Shown here: piece by piece, positions 1 to 12,753 of the stretch
Layout of the letters: every line of letters begins with the position of its first letter
Position numbering within the stretch: position 1 is the first letter of the stretch
Source of the DNA: Patellaria atrata CBS 101060
Lineage: Eukaryota
Assembly: GCA_010093705.1 (NCBI GenBank)
Contig: MU006093.1
Coordinates: 127,785 to 191,784, forward strand
Direction: 5' to 3'
DNA length: 64,000 nucleotides
Translations under genes and position numbers: made by a program
The notes under the pieces: generated by a model
The model's database searches: none
Told to the model about the DNA's origin: nothing
What the model saw: only the letters and a program-made list of their open reading frames with translations

Positions 1-846
1 GATGATGAAGACGATGTCTTCGCTGCCGTCGCAAAAGAAGCTTCAACCCGTCCCACCGCTCGTCAAGCTCGTAATGCTACGAAAGCCCCTATCCGCTACG
101 ACATCCCATCAGATAGCGATAATGAGGATGGTGATGATATGCTTGGTGATGTCAGTGCAATGGTTAAAGGCATTGGCAGCAGCTCGAACGAGAATACTCG
201 TACCCTCTTCTCTGCTAGTACAGCAGCACGTCCGACAAGTGGTCACGGCTTATCAAAATCTCTCGCTCGCCCGACGTTGAAGTCTACAATCAATATTTCG
301 GACGACGACGAGACTGACTACACAAAACTTGTTCCTCAGCCCTCACCTCAGCGTCCTGCTGCTCGAAATGCGAATGACACTATCCTTTCAGACGACGATG
401 ACGATACACTACTTGGTCTCAGCAAGCCGCCTCCCCCGAAAGCTTTGAAGCAGCCGGCCAAACCTGCGGCAAAGGCAGCAGCTAAACCAGCCCCCAAACC
501 CGTAGTAAAGAAAGCGGCAGCAGCACCTCAGCCCAAGAAAGTGGTCCCGCTTTCCCCGGCCGCGAAAGCATATGCTGCCAAGCAGGCTAAAGCATCACTG
601 TCCAAACCCGCGCCCAAGAAGAAGAACGTAGAGTCCGAGAGCGAAGAAGATGTTGACGATATCGCGAACGAAATTCTCAGCGATGATGGTGATGAGGATG
701 AGGAAGATGCGGTTGTAGTGAGGAAGCCCGCGGCTGTTAGACCAGGCAGGGCTGCTGCGCGGAAGCCGGCAAAATATGTCGTTAGTGATGACGAGGAGGA
801 TGAGGAGAGTGAGGCAGATTTTGATGATGATGACGAGAGTGATTAG
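1..846 (+). CDS. TOP2: C-terminal low-complexity tail of DNA topoisomerase II (partial; gene begins upstream of the window)
   Basis: Frame is open from base 1 (DDEDDVFAAVAKE...) to TAG at 846. The acidic/Lys-Ala-Pro tail has motifs LGDVSAMVKGIG, DDDETDYTKLVP and LSPAAKAYAAKQAK, which I recognise from Pezizomycotina Top2 C-termini. The catalytic domains are not in the window. Confidence 0.7.
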   Translation, partial: DDEDDVFAAVAKEASTRPTARQARNATKAPIRYDIPSDSDNEDGDDMLGDVSAMVKGIGSSSNENTRTLFSASTAARPTSGHGLSKSLARPTLKSTINISDDDETDYTKLVPQPSPQRPAARNANDTILSDDDDDTLLGLSKPPPPKALKQPAKPAAKAAAKPAPKPVVKKAAAAPQPKKVVPLSPAAKAYAAKQAKASLSKPAPKKKNVESESEEDVDDIANEILSDDGDEDEEDAVVVRKPAAVRPGRAAARKPAKYVVSDDEEDEESEADFDDDDESD

Positions 847-3800
847 GTTGGATGTCCTTATGGCCAACCTGTGAACTTGCACTCTCTAGGTTGAGAGTAT
901 CGGGTGGGAACGGGGATCCTTATGGCTATGTGGAGGGTTTTCTGCTTTGGACATGACTCTTACATTAAGTGATGGTGTTAGGGACTCATTTTGCATATAA
1001 GGGTGTTCCGTTATGGGCAACGTAACGCACTGGGTTTGTCATGGCTAGCCCGCAATGACATGTTTCTTTGATCTACCGTGCACTGCTTTGGTCATGGATG
1101 TGAGTGATGAATAGGAGGTGAGGGTTGGGTCACTTTGAATTTCAGTACACGTATTTACGATCCTTTGATTTCTTCGATTGGCCACCGATAGCTACTGTAC
1201 TTCTTCCATTTTGTTTTAAACCGAAAATTCATACCTTCTCCACGGCTCCTCTAATCATCCTACATACCTAGTGCCATCCATGCTCCTCACTCAAAACAAA
1301 CCCCTGTTATATCTGCCCCGAAACCCCGAGTCGACGCACAACAGCAACATCGGTCCTCGTCCACCATTCAGATCAGTAGAGTTGTCCTCCATACCTTACC
1401 TCAATCTGGACTTCGACCTAGGTCAATCACGGAGAGGTAGTAGCTGGGAAACTACGAAGCTACGAAACGGTCTGATGTGGGGGTTCGTTGCCTAGGACCT
1501 AGGGAAGGGGGATGGGAGTTAGGAGGTAGACTACGATACTTGAAGAGAGTTGAAGGATGTCAGGGGTGTGAATGCCTGTTAGACGCTATGTCTGTGTGTC
1601 TTTTGGTCGCTGGAGGGAATGGACGTTGTGGAGATAAAGTCTGTCGGGTTTCGTTCGAGATTCGAGTTTGTATGATCTGCGCCGCAATCTATGTGTGAGC
1701 CCTGTAGAATACGGGTTACCCTTAACAAGACATGGAAGGGGCATCCGTGAGCGCTTCAAAGTAGATGGGAGATGTATTACTCTTTATAGTGTGATCATTG
1801 ACAATCTTTCCCTTTAATCCTATACTGATTGAGTACACGATCCCTTAACCCAAGTCCATTAGCGCTCTAAGGACAAATGGGGTTAAGGGGCGAAGGTTCA
1901 AGATCATTAGCAGTTAGAGTGAACTTAGCACCGCTGGTTACACTCGATAACACCTGTATGAGATTTCAGAAGATTGTCAAAGATGAAGACCACGAAGTCG
2001 GTAAGGGATAAGGATATGGTTCCAGGCGATTGAATCAAGCGACTGAAGAATGACGATTGCCAAATATTGAGCTCAAAGACGAAATGAAGTCCTCCTTGTG
2101 AAAAGCTTCCCAAGTCGTATGTCTAAATCTAGTAGAGATGCATAGACAAGGAGGCTCCTACCTACCTTACTCAAAACGGATTATATATTTGTACAAGCAA
2201 ATAGACTCATTTTACCGAGAGAAGCTCCACCGTCGTTCATGACGTGCAAAGTTCCACATCTCAGCCCTAGACTTCATTGATTGCTCATGATGTAAGGATA
2301 GAACTAAATGGAAATCAAGAGACGACGGGGGTGGGAAAATGTGTCATTTAGGACTAGCCAGGCCGGATAGAACAACGAAGATGTACTCTGCAGTTGAACT
2401 AAACAAGATCGATGCCGGGTGAATGTATGGTGTTTGTGTTGTGATATGGTGGGTTCCAGAGTGTTGCACCCTCGGTTGTGCGAAGATAGAAAAAAAATAA
2501 TGGAAAGAGTATCACATATCCCGAAAAACGACGGAGAGAGTATAGGAACAGATGGGTATCTGCATCGGGGGGGGGGGGGGAGAGGATATATAAGATACAT
2601 TTGTCTCGGAGCAACGGCCTTATACGACGATAGCGACTTAGTTACCCGGAGAGTTCCCCAAACAGGAACAATCTACGTAGGTGCAGACGCATTTGCATAT
2701 GTGCAGTTCTGGAATATTGGCTTCGTGCTATCCATTCTTCCTAGTTTGTCGTAGTCGTACAGGTACAATTTCGTGGGGTTGGGCTGGGGATACAGGGGAC
2801 TTTCGTGGTGGCCATTTGACAGGTTGGTCGTACGAATACATGTACGATGATCGAGGACGTCCACCGGGTCCGTTGTTTGTATGCCGGAGGGGCGGTGCTG
2901 GAAGATAAGATTCAAAGGAAGGCTGAAGAGTTAGAATAGTAGGCTCTTAAACGATCTGTACAGGAACAGCATATCGGTTAGTTGATTAAGGGATGAGATT
3001 TTGGATTGGAGACTAAATGGATACATGGAAACATAGACTTAAGGACACTTCAATCACATGAAGTTATATATTGTACTAAAATGTAGGAAAGTTGAAATGT
3101 AGCTTGTTCTAACGCTTGCTGTACATTGACGCAACTGCCATGTTTTGTGTACCTGTGGCATTGGTCCACAGTAACAAACGCACGTTTTAGTGAAATGTGG
3201 AGGGGAACACATTATCAAAGCCGAGGCTTGTGTGTTTGCCACATCAGACGGATATCGTGCTACATTAGCTAGAGTATAATAAGAAAAGAGCTCTGGTATT
3301 GGAGATATATACCATTAACACAAACGACTTTATGGTGTGATCAAAAGCAGTTTGAAAGAGAATGGCAGCGAGTATGAATTAATTCGACTATAGTCTGTGC
3401 TTTCTTCTACTAAAGGGAAAGAGGATCGAACGACGCAGTTAGTGGTGTTTGTTCAACACGTCTGCAGATAATCCTCGAGGAGAAGCTCACCGAAAGTCGA
3501 GTATGACGAGCCCCGTTCTGCTACCCCGAAGATATTATCTTAGCCTCGGCGAAACTAACGGTATGGCAAGGATATGACCAGAGGGCGTTCCTGTAAAAGT
3601 TATGCTCGTAATGCCCTAGTTGATGATTGTCCAAGTGTCGTAGAGAAGAGTTTGGGGTACAGGCTAGTATTGGTGTCTGCGATGTTAGCTTCACTTGACA
3701 GACATGCTGTTTCCAAGCTCTGCATATGTCCCTATATCTGAAGGATATAGGCAGTGGTGTGAGGCGTTTAAGAAGTGCGAAGAACAATAGTTCATGGATT

Positions 3801-6216
3801 CTTGCAGCTTCTATAAGAAAATTGAGTCGTTCTCGGAGACATCTTCTACGTGGTAAGATGAACCCGGAAAAGCCTCCTGCTTATACTCATGTAACAGAAT
3901 AGAATTTCTCGGGATAGTCTCTTAGCAAGACAAGATGATGCGCCGATACTGACTCAAAACAGTCGTCTAGATGGAAGTTGTACTGTCTCTTTGAATATAT
4001 TCGTACACTGAGTATATTATTCCATTCCAATGCCCATGTTTACGGTCAAGTCTTTGATGTTGATGTTGCGATAAACACAGTGTGTCTAAGGTCAAAAGCG
4101 CGGCTAGAAACAGCACGGTTCCTCGAATAGGGGTCTTAGACGACCGGCGGTCAACAGTGCTTCCAACCGCATCAGGTGAATGAGAGTCATTGCGTTTAGC
4201 GGTGAAGATGTACTCTTCATGTTTCAGGTTTTCTTTGTCCATTATCGCTGAGCGGTGTATACCGTAGATTAAAAGCATCGTGGACGACAAATCACAGCAA
4301 CAGCTCTCACTGTACCTCTCCTTAATCCCCCCCACGCCGGACACCGGTAGCAGAGCGGCCAATACCTCGGCCTGTACGACCGGTGACCGATAGGGGAAAC
4401 TGATCCACCGGCCGTGATGATGATTTAGGATCTCAGACCGGCGACAAACGTCGCACTCCCGCCATCGAAGTCGAGTCCATTGCATACAAAGAAGGATGAC
4501 GCCTCGTACACTGTCAAACGTCTTCTCTGCATGAGCCGCAGCCTGTTCGATCGGATACCACCCGAGCCAGCGACAATCAAACGAGGACTAAGCACGTTTG
4601 CCGATAGGGAAACCAGGTACAGCCGCAGAAGAACGGGTGGCTGCAGCTTGCCGAAGCCCGATACACGGTGGGTCAGACTGTGGTAAGGATTTCCGCTGCA
4701 AAGTGATTCAATGACATTATACCCCATATTTGGATCCTGGGGAAAGGTTGAGTTTCTGACCGAGGAATTATGGGGATGGTGCGAATATCTCGTTGATGGG
4801 GTACCGTTGGTAATGAATTCGAAGTCTAAACACACGAGATTGTTGAGATTCGATCAATGGCAAAATGTAGTATCAGCAGAGAATAGCTAGAATCGGAACT
4901 CGTAAGAAAACGCTATCGTTACAAAACCTGGGGAAGCAGACTTGGGCCATATTACAGATTAAAAGTGGTTAAACCCACTTGACCCATTGGATAATTTGGT
5001 AAATGCAAGCTACGTTGTCAGAATCCAGAGGACGCCCTGCAGTGATTCACGGCCTGGATCTCAGTCTTGACTACTATGTCTTGCAGTAGGCTGCATAGGT
5101 GAAGTAGTGGCCGATGCAGTGCGACATGCCCCCCAATCTTGTCTGGTCATACACTTAGCAACGACACCATGAAGGCAGTGCATGCTGATGGCGGAGATAT
5201 CGATATCAGAATCTAAACTGGAAGGGCCAGTATGTCCTAGCTCCCCAGATCATACTCACGGTCAATGCGCATTCCTTGTTTTGGATCCGTAGCAAACGGA
5301 GAGCTGTTCAGCACGGATAGTGTCCTAGACCAATGATTTGTACCTACGCAAAACGAAGACAAAAGATCTGATTAGGATATTTCCGAGACCAAGGAGGTAT
5401 TGCTGTATACACGACGTATTGAGGGTGTAGTGGCCGTAACTCATTAGACTTAGTGACCAGTCCCAGCAAACGAGATCAGCCCTTCTGCAATCTTGTCATT
5501 TTCAACATACTTTGCAATGCCAGAATGGAAACTGATCTAACCCTTTCAATGGAATAACCGGGTATGTCTTCAGGTTGACTTTCTTCGCCATGGATTCGTG
5601 CCTAATCCGCACATTTGATCTTTCGGGATATACTTGGCCTCAAACGAATCTCAGAAAAGGTGATTGAGTTGATATCTGCCCGTCAAAGTCGGACAAACGC
5701 TTGAGACCTTACTGGTGGCGTATTGTAGGTCAATGCGTGTATATGCCTGCTAAAGACAATCGGGTAGTGGCTTTGCATCGCAACCATTGAGCATCAAACG
5801 GCAGACATTCTCCTGCTATCTATGTTTCTGGCATTCAACCCGCCGGCTCTACACAGAGAACAAAGAAAGAGAAATTTACGGGTTAAGGCATGTCGCTATT
5901 GCTTTGAGCGCGGCATGAGAAGATCTGTAATGTTGGGTTGGAGGTGTTGGCCTTACGTGTATAAGTGACTCCATCGTCCTCGTGCCTCTTCTCATACACT
6001 GCCAAAGCCAAACTCCCTTCCAATCGAAGACGTGCTCTTCTCTTTGCTTCGCTGGCTAAAACCCGTATCTTCATTTGGTAACACGGCAGCAGTAACTTTT
6101 GTTTTCCATTCTATTTTCGCCTACATTTCGACCAATTTTTGTACTCCCTTGCCGGGGTCGTTAACATTCAACTCTATCCTGGAGCTGTATAAGAAGAGAC
6201 ACTGCAAAAGTTCGAC

Positions 6217-7605
6217 ATGATGAAGATCGAGTCAATCCTTAATCCATCTGGTGGCGAGTTCGGAGCGGATGATGATGCATGCAACGTCAACTCAATAGGA
6301 AGCCCCGATACTCGTGCGAACGACACCCACCCATCGAGGAGGGGAAAGCCTGCAAAGGATGCTGCTATATTCGTGAAAGCGAAATTCAACGGACCTGTTC
6401 GATTTCCTCCTCATGAGGCTGACGGTGACGAGGAGCTCAGAAGTCACCACAAGAGTTTTCAAATCCACCCCATGGGCCACATTGGGGAATACTGCAGAAA
6501 CATACCATACCAGAGTGAAAAGAAAGATTTCTTGGCAAGGACAGGTAGAGATGGGTTCAATGGTCAACCCTCACCGGACTCGACATTATTGTTTCGGAAA
6601 GCTGACAGTGTAATGTCTAGTGTTTCAATACACATATAAAGTCAGAGGCGACGATAAAGAGTACGTCGTCATGTGGGATTACAACATCGGTCTGGTCCGC
6701 ATTACGCCGTTTTTCAAAAGTCTTAAACATTCCAAGGTGAGTCATTAGTATCGACGTTAAGATCCAAGAATCTCACTTCGAGTAGACCACGCCAGCAAGG
6801 AGCATCAACGTCAACCCAGGACTTCGTGATATAACTCATAGTATCACTGGAGGTGCTCTCGCAGCTCAGGGTCAGTGTCAGTCTCCATCATCAATGGGAG
6901 GTCTACTAACTAGCCTTAGGCTACTGGATGCCGTTCAATGCCGCAAAGGCTCTCGCAGCCACCTTCTGTTACGAAATTCGATATGCTCTGACACCAGTCT
7001 TCGGTAAGGACTTTCTTGATGTTTGTATCCACCCGGACGACCCTGCATTCAACGGCTACAAGATCAGTCCTACCATCGTCGAAGCGTGCATAAGTGAAAC
7101 AGAATCATGGCGTAACCGAAGTGAGGACCAATACTCGGGCCTATCAACCCCATTGACAACACCAAGGCTTCCACATGACTATAGCCCCTGGAATGCAAGG
7201 TCAACACGACGAAGGGTCATAGAGACGGATGGGAGTGACAGTGAATATGGTACCGCAGAAAGCTGTCATGTGTTCTCTCCCGAGATCTCACCAACTTCTC
7301 AGCCGTGGACATCAATCAACCGATATCCTTCCCCAGCGTCGAGCAAAGCAATTCCTTCACCCTACATGCACAACAGATTCCTGTCCGCAATCCCTCGCTC
7401 ATGGGATGATGGAATGATGATGGATGAGAGTAGTGCAGAGACCAACGATGGAGATGTGGATTCGGAAGCCGAAGCTGGACTATCTTATTTGGCCTGGAAA
7501 TCACCATCGTCAATGAACAGTCAAGAATTAGCGGCTTATGAAGCTGCATTAACATTGTCAGAATTAAGTCGTGCCGATGCATATATGGAATCTTGTTCGC
7601 TTTAA
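6217..7605 (+). CDS. APSES/KilA-N domain transcription factor, Xbp1-like; 4 exons (6217-6562, 6621-6736, 6786-6870, 6920-7605)
   Basis: Splicing gives [10 protein letters not shown]...VFQYTYK...[17 protein letters not shown]...[57 protein letters not shown], the Xbp1-subfamily APSES domain. Introns 6563-6620, 6737-6785 and 6871-6919 are GT..AG and keep the frame. Confidence 0.9.
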
Positions 7606-7931
7606 GGTTTGAAAATGGGCTGATCTAATAAGTCTTCTCAATATCAGTCAGGTTAATCATGTCAATAAATAACCCCACGTTCCACGTTGGGTATCTGAAA
7701 GGGAGGCAAGTCAATCTCATGAAAGGATTCTCGGTCGTGCTGAATGCATTTCAAGGAGTTGGGTTGGCTGATTTGTGAATTGATGTGATTCGCAAGGTAT
7801 TTTCAAATTCCATTTTGACTTTGTCATTCAGTCGTGTTATTCAATGTGAAAATACCAGGACCTTCTCTGCTGTGCCGATTAATGTCTTATGAAATGATTC
7901 TTGCTGTAGAGGGGTGGGTTTAATACTTCTA

Positions 7932-8781
7932 TCACCCGCTCGACTTCTTCGCTTCGACTATGCTGGTAAGTCTGCCAATATATTGGTCTTCATCAAAGAC
8001 ATACCGCACGATCTCTTTCTCGAGGATTGCGTCTCGCCATTTACTGAAATTAGGAAGCGTGCTGATGCTGTCGTGTGTCGAAGATGGAATCAAACCATGC
8101 TTTGCGGTGACGGCGATGCGTAGCACGAATGGTGCAACTTGGGTCTGAATAGTACGTTGTGTTAATCTCTCGAATTGCGATGGTATTCCTTCTGTGTTTA
8201 CCTCGACAAAGGTCAACTCTGTGCTACCACCGAAGAAAGGATTGGAGTCCTTCAACAAGGACTCCAGATCCTCTTCAGCGACTTTAAAAAATTCCTTCGC
8301 CAAGGGTTCCTTTTCTTCATCTTTGGAGAACAAGAGCTGGTACCATAATTTCAGGAGTTTCCCTTCAAAAACGCTGATAAAGAAATCGTAACGGGCTCTG
8401 GTCAGTGCTGCTTCCGGACCACTATTGCTTGCAGGTAGAATAGCAGATGGTTTGGTGTCTGCGAGGAATCTGCTTATGATTGCAGATTCGACGAGGATTT
8501 CGTCCTTGACATTGCCGGCAGTGTACTTGAGAGTAGGGACTTGACCACGCTTTTACTCGGTATGTGTTAGCGAGATGAACTCTACCGACCATAAACTTAA
8601 AGGGACAGACCGGATTCATTTTTAGATACCACTCTTCCCTGGGTTTGGCTAACGGGACAGTAACCTCTTCGAAGGGGAGATCCAACTCTTTCAAGGTAAT
8701 ATAGACACGATGAGCATAAGGACATTGGCGATCAGCATACAACGTGATCTTTGGAGAGGTTTCAGTCACGGTGGTAGACAT
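7932..8781 (-). CDS. Glutathione S-transferase (Cys-type, omega-like); 3 exons
   Basis: N-terminal thioredoxin-fold motifs TLY..QCPYAHRV, MNP|RGQVPTL and ESAII; C-terminal PFFGGSTELTFVE|TQVAPF. Introns 8550-8610 and 8145-8201. ATG at 8781 is preferred; an upstream in-frame ATG exists at 8853. Confidence 0.9.
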
Positions 8782-9366
8782 GGTGAACAGTCGTTGGGGA
8801 TACAAAAGGTATGATGAGGAAGTCCTGAGTTTCGAATAAACTTGAAGGAACATGGGGACATTTTGATTAAAGGGAACGTCTTCTTATTATATATCTTCTC
8901 CACAACCCCCTCCCCCGTTTCTCGGGCGATATCACCTGAGTCACTTACCTTATCATGGGGGATGATGTGAGGTTGCAGTTTTCGATTTTACAACTTAGGG
9001 ATTTATCAGCAAAGGCACGGACATCGGCTCGCCAATACCCGATCGAACCCAAGGTAAGTACCGAATCAATATATAAGCCGAATTGTTCAAGAACTGAAGC
9101 ACCGAATGGAAGGTCCACGCCGCGTTTGAGAAATTCTAGTTCAGTGCTACAGTAAGGTACGCTGAGGAAGAGACTTAAAATCGGAAGATAAGCCCTTACC
9201 TTAATATTCACCAATGCCGAACTCGCTAAGGTAGTTCTACTTATTCCTGCAACCCATAGAAAACGCCCTGATAGCCCAATCCCAACTCTACCATAGATAC
9301 CTTACCCCGTACTTGTACACATTCAACATACAAGGCTACTACTATCATCCTTGACTTCATAGAGAC

Positions 9367-11070
9367 TCAAACACCTCGTCCCCTCCCCTTTCTCCCCTCG
9401 GAAACCCCCAAAAATCCTCCAGTCTGACTTACAGTCCTCCTCATTCCTAGTGACTCTGATCTCACCATCGGTACAACGCCAAATCCCAACCCCGGGCCTG
9501 CGTCACTCATCCCGCCCATACTACTTTGTGCACTCATTGCTACACCTCCCACCTCCATATGCGGCGGGATCCCAGGGATGGCATTAATATCTGATGATAG
9601 CGTCACGGAAGATGGCGCTTGAAATTCAAATTGACGGGTCTGCAACGGCTGGCAGGCCGTTTCGAGCAGTCGTTCGTTGAGGGGGTCTGTGGGATCGGCG
9701 TTGCGGGACATGAGCGCAAAGTCAGAGTCTGCGTCGGTTGTGTTCACCGGTGGAGGCGGTGGTGCTGCTTGGTTGGGTTTTCCAGAGATGTTTGCTGGGA
9801 GGACAACAGGCATAGGCATAGGCATAGGGTAGGGCAACGACCTTTCAGCGGCGAGAGCTAGGTCACCGAGCGCATTTCGGGTTGCACCGCGTGTGGCGTG
9901 GTGAGAAGTGCTAGCAGTTCTGTCCATTTCGGCTGCACCAGGGGTAGCTGGCAAATCATCCTCCATTTCCACATCATTGTTGAGAGCCGTTCCCAAATCG
10001 TTGTCAGGGTTGAAACTCTCGTCTGGACCTCGAGTGCTTTGAATCCCCTGGTTGCGCATACGGTGAAAGAAATGTGCCGCGGCAATTGCGGCTTGGTTCA
10101 TGTTCATTGAGAGCTCCTTTTCGGTAAAGAGCTTATCAATTGACATAAGAGGCGATTCTTGCTGGCTTTGTTGTGTTTTCGATTTGGCCTCACGGAAAGG
10201 GGAACCGACTCCAATGTCAATATTTCGTCCAATAGGTCCAGGGGACTCATCAGCGTCTTCGTAAGCTTTACGCTTTCGCTTGCTTTCCTGTGTAGCTGCC
10301 GCGCTAACAAGATCATCTGGGTCTCCAGCCCTGTGTCGAGTATGCCTTGTCTTTCTAGGATTTGAAGGACCACCAGGACTAGTAGGATTTGCGATACTGA
10401 ATTGGTTCGGATTAAGCAGGAGTGCATTGCTGTCTGTAAGATCCAATTGTTCCTTCTCTCGCATGAGTTTTGCCCTTCTGTTTGACACTTGCTGTACCAA
10501 TCTTTCCCTTAGAGTATTCGATAGTCGAGCGTGTTCTTCAAGAGCTATTTGGACTTTGAAGTTATGGGTCTGGGTGAGCTCGGAAAGTTGGTTCTGGTAC
10601 TTATTCTAGGCGCTCGTTAGCAGGTTGTTTCTCACGTCTCCAGTATTGAACGAACTCACCCATAATTGTGTTAGCCCAGCATCTCTCTCCTCTAATGCAT
10701 CATTAACTTCCTCAACAAACTTGCGATAAGTATTTCCCAACCCCGCCGCATAGTCCTGCTGAGCATTCGGATGCAGCGCCATTGTTTCTGGAGCAGAACT
10801 CAGAAGATGATCTATCTCTGGTTTTGGATCTTCTAGTGGTCTATTTGTATATAGGTCCGCGTTAACGATCATGCGCATATCTTGCTGTACAGCACGAATC
10901 TGTGCGCTGAAGTGATGGTCCCTATTGTCCGAGAAGGAAGCGATCATATCGGTCAAACGGTCGGAGAGCATTGCACGTTTCTTGTCGCGTTTCGATAGAG
11001 ATTGAGGAGGAGGTGAACCTGAGTCTACAGTATGCGCTTCTATTGGTGATGGGCTGTGCATTCTAGCCAT
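9367..11070 (-). CDS. SDS3: Sds3-family subunit of the Rpd3L/Sin3 histone deacetylase complex; 2 exons
   Basis: N-terminal SKRDKKRAMLSDRL coiled coil and downstream NALLLNPNQFSIANPTSPGG..RKTRHTRHR and PLMSIDKLFTEKEL motifs. Intron 10606-10659 (GTGAGT..GCTAAC..TAG) joins the two ORFs in frame. Confidence 0.8.
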
Positions 11071-11664
11071 AATGTGCTTCTGATTATTCTACAGGCCGCA
11101 CGGTAGGCCTGCAGGTCGAAGTCGACTTTTAGGGGTTCGAGATTGAGGTTCAAGAAAGAAAAAAAGATTAGTCGGTCTGTGGTCTTCGAACGAATGTATA
11201 CATAAATACAAGAGTGCTTGGTCCCGGTAGAAGATGTAGTAACTTCAAGATATTGGAGAGTTGAAGATGAACAGAAGCACGAGATACTGCAGTGCGTAAA
11301 TCCGCCGTTTTACTGCTCCAAATAGATAACACCAATCAGAAGCATTTTCGGAGTAGGCAGATAGTTTACAGTACAGTACTGAACACATCCGCATGCGGCG
11401 TTCCATTGCGGAGAGTTCCAACATTGAAACACCAAACCTCCTGGTCAAGACATTAACCGCCCCCCGAAAGCTGGAGAACAAGTTTAAGATGGAAACATCT
11501 ATATCTCTCTCTTTTCCTTCATCTTTTTCTCTTGCAGACCTAGGCTGAGGACATTTCCATTTTGTGCGAATAACTTTTCGAATAGAACTATTTAGCCCAC
11601 TGGTTGGAGCTTTTACTGTACCATCCCCACTGTCGTTCAAAATACCTCCTTACACTCTTTCAAA

Positions 11665-12753
11665 ATGGCTGTAGCAATGCGCGATATACCCCCTCGAAAA
11701 CCACTGACCTCGCTCATCACGGTCGATGTAATTGTAAAAGTGGTTAACAATTCCATCTTCCACCCTTTCATTGCCTGGTTAATACCTCTTTGTATCCGCG
11801 CCCTCGACAAACCCGCCGATGACCCAGGATACATCGGATCCTGCATCTGGGCCGCAATTATCACCATCTACAACATCTTCAAGCTTATAGATGACCGTAT
11901 TGCGTATGGATTACCCCGCGAAGTCGATCTCTCCGAGGAGGTCATCGTTATAACCGGCGGCGCGAGTGGATTAGGTCTCTTAATCGCAGAAGTGTATGGC
12001 ATGCGCAGCGCCAGCGTCGCTGTTCTAGACGTCAAACCGGTTGAAAATGCTGAATCAAAAGGAATCAAATACTACGAATGCGATGTAGGCGATGCTGTTC
12101 AAGTCGCGAAAGTAGCAAAACAGATTGAGGAAGACCTCGGGACGCCCACCATATTGATCAACAACGCCGGCATCGTACATGCCAAGTCTATCCTCGACCT
12201 TAACCCTGAAGACATCGACAGGTCTCTTCGCACAAATCTCCACTCGCATTACCATACTCTTCGCACTTTTCTTCCAGGCATCCTTCGCTCCGAGAACGGC
12301 GGCACGATCGTGACGCTCTCCTCCACCCTCGCCCACCTTGGTTGTTCACACCTATCCACTTATACAGCTTCCAAAGCCGCTCTCCTCGCATTGCACGCGT
12401 CTCTCCGCGCCGAGCTTTCCCATTTCTCGTCCCCAGCATACGAAAAGCAATACCCAGGTGCGAAGTACATAAAAACCTTACTCGTATCGCCAGGACAGTT
12501 GGCGACACCCCTATTTGACGGACTGAAGACCCCAAGTAGCTTTTTAGCACCGGTACTTGAACCCGTGGAGGTCGCAAAGGAGATTATTCGGATGGTAGAG
12601 CGTGGCGAGGGCGGCGAGATCGTGACCCCGTTTTATTCCAAGTGGGTTCCTTGGATGACCGTTCTGTCACCTGGAGTGCGGGATCTCCTAATCAGATGGA
12701 GTGGAAGGGATAAGGCAATCTTTAATTTTGTGGAGAGCAAAAAGAGAGTCTGA
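11665..12753 (+). CDS. Short-chain dehydrogenase/reductase with N-terminal membrane anchor (17beta-HSD/retinol-dehydrogenase-like), intronless
   Basis: TGGASGLG cofactor motif, NNAG, catalytic YTASK (YxxxK), hydrophobic N-terminal segments. Divergent from the Sds3 gene. Confidence 0.92.
   Translation: MAVAMRDIPPRKPLTSLITVDVIVKVVNNSIFHPFIAWLIPLCIRALDKPADDPGYIGSCIWAAIITIYNIFKLIDDRIAYGLPREVDLSEEVIVITGGASGLGLLIAEVYGMRSASVAVLDVKPVENAESKGIKYYECDVGDAVQVAKVAKQIEEDLGTPTILINNAGIVHAKSILDLNPEDIDRSLRTNLHSHYHTLRTFLPGILRSENGGTIVTLSSTLAHLGCSHLSTYTASKAALLALHASLRAELSHFSSPAYEKQYPGAKYIKTLLVSPGQLATPLFDGLKTPSSFLAPVLEPVEVAKEIIRMVERGEGGEIVTPFYSKWVPWMTVLSPGVRDLLIRWSGRDKAIFNFVESKKRV

Noticed and set aside
9806..9832. 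(GGCATA)n repeat
   Set aside because: It simply encodes PMPMPMP within SDS3.
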